DNA from: Tubulanus polymorphus
Lineage: Eukaryota > Animalia > Nemertea
Assembly: GCF_964204645.1 (NCBI RefSeq)
Contig: NC_134034.1
Span: forward strand, 3,179,814-3,243,813
Length of the DNA stretch: 64,000 nucleotides
Reading direction: 5' to 3'
This document shows positions 22,710-30,804 of this stretch, piece by piece; positions within the stretch are counted from its first letter, which is position 1, and the number at the start of each line of letters is the position of its first letter. The notes under the pieces are model-generated. The model ran no database searches, was not told where the DNA came from, and worked only from the letters and a program-made list of their open reading frames with translations. The translations under genes and the position numbers were made by a program.

Positions 22710-23507
22710 TTACTCTTTACATCTTATAACTAATTCATAAATTACAGGAAAGTTATTCAAATCAATTAAGTATCCATTATGATTTCTTATTTCTAATTTA
22801 AAATTATTAAATTGAGGAATACAAGGTTTGAAATCACATTCAGCTAAATTATAATTTATTTGCGTTCCAAATTGTTTAACATTCTTCAATGGTAAAATGT
22901 TTAATATACTAGAATTACATGTTGTATCTTTAGTTGCTTCGAATGTTTTTGTAGGATCGATTAAATTGCAATAAATATAAAAGTGTGTAAAAGGTATTAT
23001 ATTTGAGTTACCGTGTTTGTTTCCACCAAATTGATTTGGAGTAATTCCTAATAGTTTAGCTATAGGTTTTTTTACCGTGTAAGTATGTCTTCTTGACATC
23101 AATACACTAGATTTATCAAGTTTAATAAGTTCATCATCAAACTTTATTTTAATTTTATTAGAGCTCTCACTTTTTATGAATTTAATATTAAATTTAGAAT
23201 TACCATTACCTAATCTAATCCGAGCTTTTCTATTAATTTCTTGCTCTAATGTTTCTAAATCATATAATCCTGGTGTAAGCATAAGTTGAATCCATTTTTT
23301 TTCAAGTTTATCAAAAATAAGAAGGCTTCTATGTTCATCAGTTTTATCCGATATATTATAAAAAGAATTACATAAACTTATATTTACTAATTTTAAATCT
23401 ACACAATTCTTAAATTCTCTATCTAATTGTACTAATAAATTATGTGATTTATAATTTGTAAGTCTTCTAGAATCAACAAATATTCTGTATTCTTTTAATT
23501 CTACCAT
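22710..23507 (-). CDS. Minor capsid protein (penton-like single jelly-roll), 265 aa
   Basis: Motifs NSFYNIS, PGLYDLETL, FYIYCNLI, ILNILPL and LEIRNHNGYLIDLNNFPVIYEL follow the Polinton/NCLDV penton pattern. Confidence 0.75.
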   Translation of the reverse strand: MVELKEYRIFVDSRRLTNYKSHNLLVQLDREFKNCVDLKLVNISLCNSFYNISDKTDEHRSLLIFDKLEKKWIQLMLTPGLYDLETLEQEINRKARIRLGNGNSKFNIKFIKSESSNKIKIKFDDELIKLDKSSVLMSRRHTYTVKKPIAKLLGITPNQFGGNKHGNSNIIPFTHFYIYCNLIDPTKTFEATKDTTCNSSILNILPLKNVKQFGTQINYNLAECDFKPCIPQFNNFKLEIRNHNGYLIDLNNFPVIYELVIRCKE

Positions 23508-23575
23508 TATTTATAACATAAAAAAATTACCGCTCATCACTAAAAATTAATTTTAAAAAAATTTTTCCTTTATAA

Positions 23576-24892
23576 ATGGATGAGAAGATAGCATGCGAAA
23601 TTTGTGGTGAACTTCTAAGAAAAAGTAATATGGCTCGACATATGAAAAAACATGATGAAAATTATAAACCCCCTAAAATAAACTGCCCAAAATGTAATAA
23701 ATTATTCTCAAGAAATTATGTTAAAAAACATTCAGAGAAGTGTAGAATTAATGGCGCAACGGCTAATGTTGATAGTAACGAAAGTAATAGTAATTCTGTT
23801 GAAGTTGAACCTGAAATTATTTGGAAAAGACCTTTCTTATTCTATGATAAGGATAATATAAAAGATCATTTCTGTGAGCCATGTCGAATAAAATATAACC
23901 CTGAAAATATAGAAGATTGGGAGAATCATCAATTTCGTAAAGTACATATAGATAAAATTTCTAATAAATTTGAAACTGAATTCAATGAAAGAAAAAATAA
24001 TTTATTAGAAAAAATAAAATATGAGAAAACGTTACCAGATAATGAAGAAACAGTTGAAAAGTTAGAAAAACAATATAATGAATTAACAAGAAAAACATAT
24101 TATTGTAAATATTGTAAATTGATTATTACAACAAGTAATTCAAATCTACATAATAGAACAATAAAACATAAAGAAAACGTAAGAAAATACCAAGAGCTTA
24201 ATGAAGATCTATTACCAAGCTATGATAGAAAAAAATGCCCACAATGTATTTATGAGTACTTAAGACAAGAAGGTCCTGTGATATTTTGTAATGAATGTGG
24301 ATGGCAAAAGAATTTATTGGGTGAAGAAAAAACTAGAGATTTTCTCATAGATCCAAAATTAAATTATCTTGATGAAATTTTTAAAATATTTTCTATAGAA
24401 GATCATACACCAGAATATATGCAATGGCTTGAAAAAATGAAAATAATAGAAAATGAAATTGGTGAAATAACTAAAAAAGATATTATAAAAACAATTATTC
24501 CACCAACATTTAACACAAAACAAAAGAAAATGTATTTATATTTATTATTTAACGATTATTATGAAAAACCTAAATTAACAGAAGAAGATATGAAAAATAT
24601 AAAAAAAATATTCAAACAAATATTAATGTATCATTTGGAAAATAGAATAACAGATTCAATAAATTATGAATTCTTTTTAAATAAGATTGTAAATTATTTA
24701 AACCTAGATATTATAATTCCATTTGACGAATTAACAAACAAAAAGAAACAAAGAGAGCGAGATGAAATGTGGAACAAGATAGAACTTTATTTAAATGAGA
24801 AAAATGGAATGGAAGAAGAACCTGAACAATTAAATGAAAATGAAGAAGCCAATAATGATTTCGAGTTTGATGATATTGATTTTATGTTTTAA
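23576..24892 (+). CDS. Zinc-finger protein with C-terminal VLTF3-like (poxvirus A2 / NCLDV late transcription factor 3) region, 438 aa
   Basis: N-terminal C2H2 and matrin-like fingers; zinc ribbon CPQC-x13-CNECG; C-terminal INYEFFLNKIVNYL...KKQRERDEMWNKI resembling the VLTF3 signature. Confidence 0.65.
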   Translation: MDEKIACEICGELLRKSNMARHMKKHDENYKPPKINCPKCNKLFSRNYVKKHSEKCRINGATANVDSNESNSNSVEVEPEIIWKRPFLFYDKDNIKDHFCEPCRIKYNPENIEDWENHQFRKVHIDKISNKFETEFNERKNNLLEKIKYEKTLPDNEETVEKLEKQYNELTRKTYYCKYCKLIITTSNSNLHNRTIKHKENVRKYQELNEDLLPSYDRKKCPQCIYEYLRQEGPVIFCNECGWQKNLLGEEKTRDFLIDPKLNYLDEIFKIFSIEDHTPEYMQWLEKMKIIENEIGEITKKDIIKTIIPPTFNTKQKKMYLYLLFNDYYEKPKLTEEDMKNIKKIFKQILMYHLENRITDSINYEFFLNKIVNYLNLDIIIPFDELTNKKKQRERDEMWNKIELYLNEKNGMEEEPEQLNENEEANNDFEFDDIDFMF

Positions 24893-27800
24893 TGGCCATA
24901 AGGTAATGTTTTTATTCCATCATCTAAAATATGCCTTTTATCATCAAATGGATTTAAACTAGTTTTTTCAACTTCATTAATGTACATCTCATGATCTTCT
25001 GATCTTAAACAATTCATTTTGTGTTTCATTACAATTGATTTATATAAACACTTTATATAATCTTGAAATTCTATATGTTTATCAACCACATGTTTTGTTA
25101 TTCCTTTTAACTTTTTAGCTTCATGATCTTTTGTTCTGTAACTATACATCTTACTTCTTATCCCAACAAATTCAATCATTTCATCACCTCCTAATTCATC
25201 TTTAAATTTACCAGGAATCTTTTTATTATCATTGCTAAATAGTTCATGATCTTTGGGATAATTGCTAAAATCAAAATGATGTTTTAATGTTTTTAAGTCT
25301 TTTGTTATGTCATTTGTCTTGATTTTTAGTATGTAGGCGTCAGTATTTTTTTGGATTAATGGGAACCCAGAATTGAATGTTCCATCATCTGTTGATAAAT
25401 CATAAACATAATCAGTTGGGTTATATATTTCAAATAAATCTTTAACTTCTTCAGTTAAATCTTTTTCTACATGCCTTAAATTAAAACAATTTGGTTTAGA
25501 TTTAATCAACCCAATATTCATATTGAAGCCTAATGAATTACATAATATATTCAATCCTGATATAGCAACTTTTCCTTTCTGTGCAAAGGTTATCGTTTTA
25601 TCCTTTGTAAATTTTTTAGTGCCATCTGCGGCATAGAATCCAATGAAGAACCATTTTCTTAAATTATTTTTTGCATTTAATACATAATCTGGTACTATCT
25701 TTTCTTTAGTTGAAGTATTACTTTTCACTATTGCATGAATATAGAATTCATCATTATATTTTATAGCAAAATCTTTAGGATTATTTACAAATATTCTATA
25801 AACCGCGGATGATTTCATATGGTCCATGATTCTAAATGATTCTAATAGTGAATAAACTTCTTCGCAAAATTTCTTTATTCTTTCTAATAATTTCAAATCT
25901 TGATTGCATAAATACCAACGATATTGAGTGCGATTAACATAATTATACACACCTGCTGAACCATCACCCATGAAAAATCCTTTGATAAAATATTCTTTTT
26001 CTTCTAATGTTTCGGGTTCTATATTATAAATATTATCAATAATTTCATCAAATGACATATGATTCATTCTTTGGAAAAATCTTTTATGTAATAATTCATC
26101 TCCAATTTTTATATCAGTTGGTTTTATTTCATCACCATTTCGTTTAATTAAACTGTGGTCTTCAGTAACATCTACAAACCCTAATTTAGTTCTAACTCTA
26201 TAGATTTTCTTATTTGTTTTATGTCTAATAATATTCTTTAATTTTTTCCATCCATTTCTTGTCCAAACATCCATTAAACCATTTATTTGTATTAATTCTT
26301 TTTCTTTTTGAAATATAACATTCATTTTGATTAGGAATTATTTCTGAAATTCTTCTCACCAATATTTTATTATTACATTTTAATAATATTGGGGTGTCAG
26401 CTGTTACAGAATCAAAATATAATATTTCTATATGTTTTTCTCCAAAAAGTGGTTGTAAAACATTATAATAAAAATCATACATTAATAATTTTGATACTTC
26501 TAAAACAGTCGAACCAATAAATATAGGTTTATTAAATTTCATTGATGTTCTTTTTAATTTAACTGCTGTTAAATAATCTTCAAATCTTTTATTTCCTAAA
26601 TGTCTAGGACTTGATTGTAAATGTCTTAATCTTTCAGAATTATTTACTAATTCAATATCATTTCTATTTCTAATATTTTCACATGTTTTACCATAAAAAC
26701 TATTGTTCATTAATTTAAAGAAATCTTTTTCAAAATCTGTTTTTGATATGGTTCTCTGTTGAGTATTGAAATCTATATATTTTTCTAACCACTTCGATTG
26801 ATTAAATTCAATATATCTATGTACTTTCTTTAATTTCATTCCTTGTTTTAGATAAAATTTTAACATTCTATAATGAACAATATAATTGTATTTATTATTT
26901 TGAGTAAGTATTAATTTTTCTGTAAAAACATGATCTTTCGGTTTTATTTTCTTCTGGTATTCACTTAAATAACTATCATCTACAGTTAAATGTTCTGGGC
27001 AATAAGGTAAGTTTCTTGTTTTAAACTTTATATTTTCAGGATATTCTAAATCAACTACAAAGAAATAACCAATTGGTGCTTCATCTTTTAAACTAATAAT
27101 TGCGTTTTCCCAATCAGTTTTATCACCATTTTCAACTTCTGTTAATATAAAATTTTTATATGGTTGAGGTTGCATCATTGCCCAACCATATAAATTATTG
27201 GCGTCAATATATAATAATTTATATTCATCATTTGCTTTAAAATACCTATCTCCCATAACACCACTAATTCCACCTCTAATTGATTTTTCAAATAATAAAA
27301 CCATATCTGGTTCTTTTAATAAATCTAATTCTACATTTGTATATTTTAAACCACATTGCCAGGTTAAACCAGGACTAGAGTAGCAATAACAAGGATCAAC
27401 ATTAAAATGATTCAAATTAACTTCTCTAAATTTTTCAAATATGTCAGCTAATATCATAACATCTGATTTTAAATATAAATCAACTAATTCACCATGATTT
27501 TTCATATTAAAATGGTTCCAAATATTTAATGTTCTATCAAAAACTTCGTCTTTCACATACTCCTCTTTTAATTTATCATAAAATTGATCTTTTAATAATT
27601 CTGTTACATTAAAATCATCGTGTGTTTTATAAAATGAGTAAGGAATTGCGCCTTTATATCTCAATAATTTAAAATCTTGGTCATTTGGATAATAATATCG
27701 AGTTATAACAAAATCATTATCAACTAAACTTTTTGATAAATTATCTAATGAACTTGCTAGAAATCTATAAGAATCTAAAAATCTAATGCAACCAAATTGA

Positions 27801-29953
27801 AATGAAATATAATTTTCAGATGTTTTAGCTAATTGTTTAAAATCATATTTTCTTACATTTGCTTCATTCATAGCATTATATTCTTCTATTTCTTGATTAA
27901 TTGCACCCAATTTTCCTGATAATTGTTTTATAAATAGATGGGTATCATATCCTGATAAATTATGAAATAATATTGGTACAAAATTTACTTTTTTAGCTTG
28001 TAAATTGCAATCTTCATGAGCAGCTCCACGATATTTTGAATTTAAATGATTATGATCTCTAACTCTTTTATCAAATGAATAAAAACGTTTTTCACAATAA
28101 CAACAATGAGTTGCATAATTGAAATCAATTTCATCTTCTTTTGTCATAACTATTCGTTTATTTTTGTTTAATAATTTTGCAAAATCACTTTCTAATTCAA
28201 TCATTTTATCACAAAAATCATTAACTACATTTTCACCTCTAAAAGAAATATATTGACTTTCATATAATTCGGGATAATTTGATTTTATATAAATTCCATA
28301 AGCAGCAGCTCTTTGATGAACTTTTTTAATTGTATTTATAATTGGTGGGTCTTGTATTGTGTCTTCATTTAATTCATTTCCTTTATCCATTGATTTTAAT
28401 AATTGCTTTTTGTTATATATTTCTTTTCTATCTTGATCAGTTAATTCTTTATTCAACGATTCAAAATCCCCATAAATTACAAATGGAACAATATTTTTAA
28501 ATTTATGATTAGTAAATTTCAATTTATAATCTTTTTCTGTTGGCATTATTAATTTACAAAAATCTTTATTATCACATAATTCTTTATGTTTTAATAATGT
28601 ATTCTCAGTCATAAATTTAGATAAACATTTTCTACATAGATAAATTTTATTATGATGATCACTTTCTGTTCTAAAGAATAAATCAATTTGTTTTAACCAC
28701 ATATAATGTTCATTTTCATCTTTTTTATAATATAACAAATCTATAGCATTTTCATTATCATAATATTCTGTTAAATATAAAGCTTCCAATGTATAATCTT
28801 TAATATTTTCACCTTTTGTCTTTGGTAATTGCATTAATTCGAATACATTTATTTTTAAATTATTAACTTTTTCTATTTTAGGAATCATTTTTATAGTTAC
28901 TGGATATTGATCAATTTTATATAATGTTTCATATTTCCGGTAATCTGTTATTCTATAAACATGTTCTTCTGTTGGATGTAAGCAACTAATAATTGACCAT
29001 AGAAAACATTTATTATCTTCATTTTGAACATTTATTACTGCTTTTGTTGTAAATGGTAATTTAATATAAGATGATGCTTTAATATCCTTTTCTGTTGTAA
29101 AGTTTGAATCATTTTTAAACATTTTATTACTTTTTGATGTTTTATTCCTTTTTGTATTATAAACATTTAAATCTAAATATATAATTTCATTCAATGTTAA
29201 GCCAGAACCCTCAAAATATCTTTCTTCAATATGACGTTTAAATTCATTTAATATTTTTTCTAACTTCTCTTTTATTTGTGTTTTTGAAATTATTTCTTCA
29301 GAGAGTGTTTGAATATTATAATTCATTTTTTCTTCTGACTTTATAAAACTTACTTTCCCAGAGATACTAATTTTTGGATATTCAACATCTGTTATCAAAT
29401 CTAGTATTTTTTCTATTATTTCATTAAATTTACTATAATCTTCTATTGTTGTACCTTTAAAAAATCTAAATATAATAGCTGCAGGACCAATTTTACTATG
29501 TAATGTTTCTAAGATTTCAATTGTATCTTTTATTTCTAGTGAATCAATATAATTTCTAACATTTTCCATGTAAGGTTTATTTGAAATGGATTTAGTTTTT
29601 GAAGTTGATTCTTTTACTTGTTGTGGTTTATCATCAAAATAATCTATTCCTAAAACATTATTTCTCAAATTTTGATGGTGTTTTTCTGTTTCGAGATGTC
29701 TATTATAATTCCTTTTTGTTATAAATTCATCACAAACTTCACATTTTATTTCATTCACATTCATATTTTCTAATCGTTCTTTTCTTTCATTGGAATTTTC
29801 TGGAGTTTCAAAATCTATTACATTTTTTATATGATTTGCAGTTTTTTCATGTCGTGTTTTATTAGATGTATCGATGTATTTTTTACAATATTGACAATAA
29901 TATTGATTTTTATTGACATTATTGTTTTCTAGTTGGTGTTCATTCTCCCCCAT
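24889..29953 (-). CDS. polB: Protein-primed family B DNA polymerase containing an intein; split by one frameshift into ORFs 26225-29953 and 24889-26325. Repaired precursor ~1687 aa, spliced product ~1332 aa
   Basis: Exo motifs YGDFES, FHNLSGYD and YLKSDV. Endonuclease VII/HNH-like insert CCYC...RDHNH...GAAHEDCN. Pol motifs YIDANNLYGWAM and KLMNNSFYGK; split motif C YFD//TDA; GKFKDE, KMYS, KLKGI. Confidence 0.93.
25345..26410 (-). mobile_element. Intein with LAGLIDADG homing endonuclease (~355 aa) in PolB motif C
   Basis: Block A SVTADTPILL, block B VDVTEDHSL, LAGLIDADG blocks FIKGFFMGDGS and FFIGFYAADGT, block F YVYDLSTDDGTF, block G LIQKN followed by +1 Thr. Excision restores ILYFDTDAY. Confidence 0.92.
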
Positions 29954-30009
29954 TTATTAGGAAAAAAAATTACTTGTGGTGATGAGTGTTAGGAAAAAAA
30001 TTATTTGTG

Positions 30010-30069
30010 GTGATGAGTGGTGTCTCGTCCTCTCGTTCTCTGGCCTGAAAGCCTACTTTTCTAATTACT
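30010..30069 (-). repeat. Right terminal inverted repeat of the Polinton (60 bp)
   Basis: Reverse complement AGTAATTAGAAAAGTAGGCTTTCAG...GAGACACCACTCATCAC. Confidence 0.85.
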
Positions 30070-30804
30070 ACAATTCTAAACTGTTCCTAAGAAATTATAG
30101 AAAGCAACTTTGTGCTTGATTTTATCATACAGTTATTCGAACTTAAATTATTGTTTTTGGAATATTTCAGAAAATAACTGGCTTATTAAATGATTATATC
30201 TTAATCAAGCTGTTATCATAGTTTACTTTGATTGCATTTTGTCTGTTTAAGGGTTGACTGTGAGCATATTATTTTCTTTATTGCATTTCTCTTCTTTTCC
30301 TTTCTCTTTTGTTTTATACAAACTATTCCTTAGCTTCTACAGGCCCCTCCAGGTCTAATTTACTGTATTTTGTATTATGCTCTGTACACTATGCTGTAAA
30401 TTATATTTGAAAAATAAAGTGTTCAAGTGTGATCATTGGAAAATTGATCTACAGCCATGAACATTAAATCATCAAAACAGCGAGTGTGCAAACATAAATT
30501 TAATCCTTAATCCTAGTAATCCTGCCGTGGAAATATCCAGTGTTTTCATGCATGAAACAACCTGAAGCGAATCTCTTTATCACATACTGTGCTGAAAAAA
30601 GTCAACACTTTTCATTCAAAAATTCATTTTTGAGGGTCATTCAAAATATGAGAACTGTTGAATTTTTTTAGACGGCCGGCAGTGAACGTGTAAAAGTTGA
30701 GTGTCTACTCTATGTTGGACCTTATCTTAATCATTGTTGACCCTGTTAATCTGTGATTCCGTTTGTTTTTAGATTCAACGTTAGGCTGATTTTTGAACGC
30801 CGCG

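Larger units (their letters stand above)
12926..30069. mobile_element. Polinton/Maverick (adintovirus-like) endogenous DNA virus, ~17.1 kb
   Basis: TIRs with 5'-AG...CT-3' ends. Encodes pPolB, rve integrase, A32-type ATPase and major and minor capsid proteins. Compact, intronless and visibly far more AT-rich than its flanks. Confidence 0.95.

Noticed and set aside
26290-26325. Programmed +1 ribosomal frameshift controlling PolB/intein expression
   Set aside because: The copy has three other lesions and no clear stimulatory signal, so a mutation or homopolymer error is more parsimonious. It would be reconsidered if conserved in siblings.
14015-27383. Short plus-strand ORFs antisense to Polinton genes (e.g. 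14238, 15901, 18291, 19194, 21292, 27198)
   Set aside because: They are shadow ORFs of AT-rich coding strands and lack the TAAATG context.
30008-30056. Hammerhead-like TGATGAG...GAAA in the right TIR
   Set aside because: The core begins G instead of C, with no compensating change and no convincing stems.
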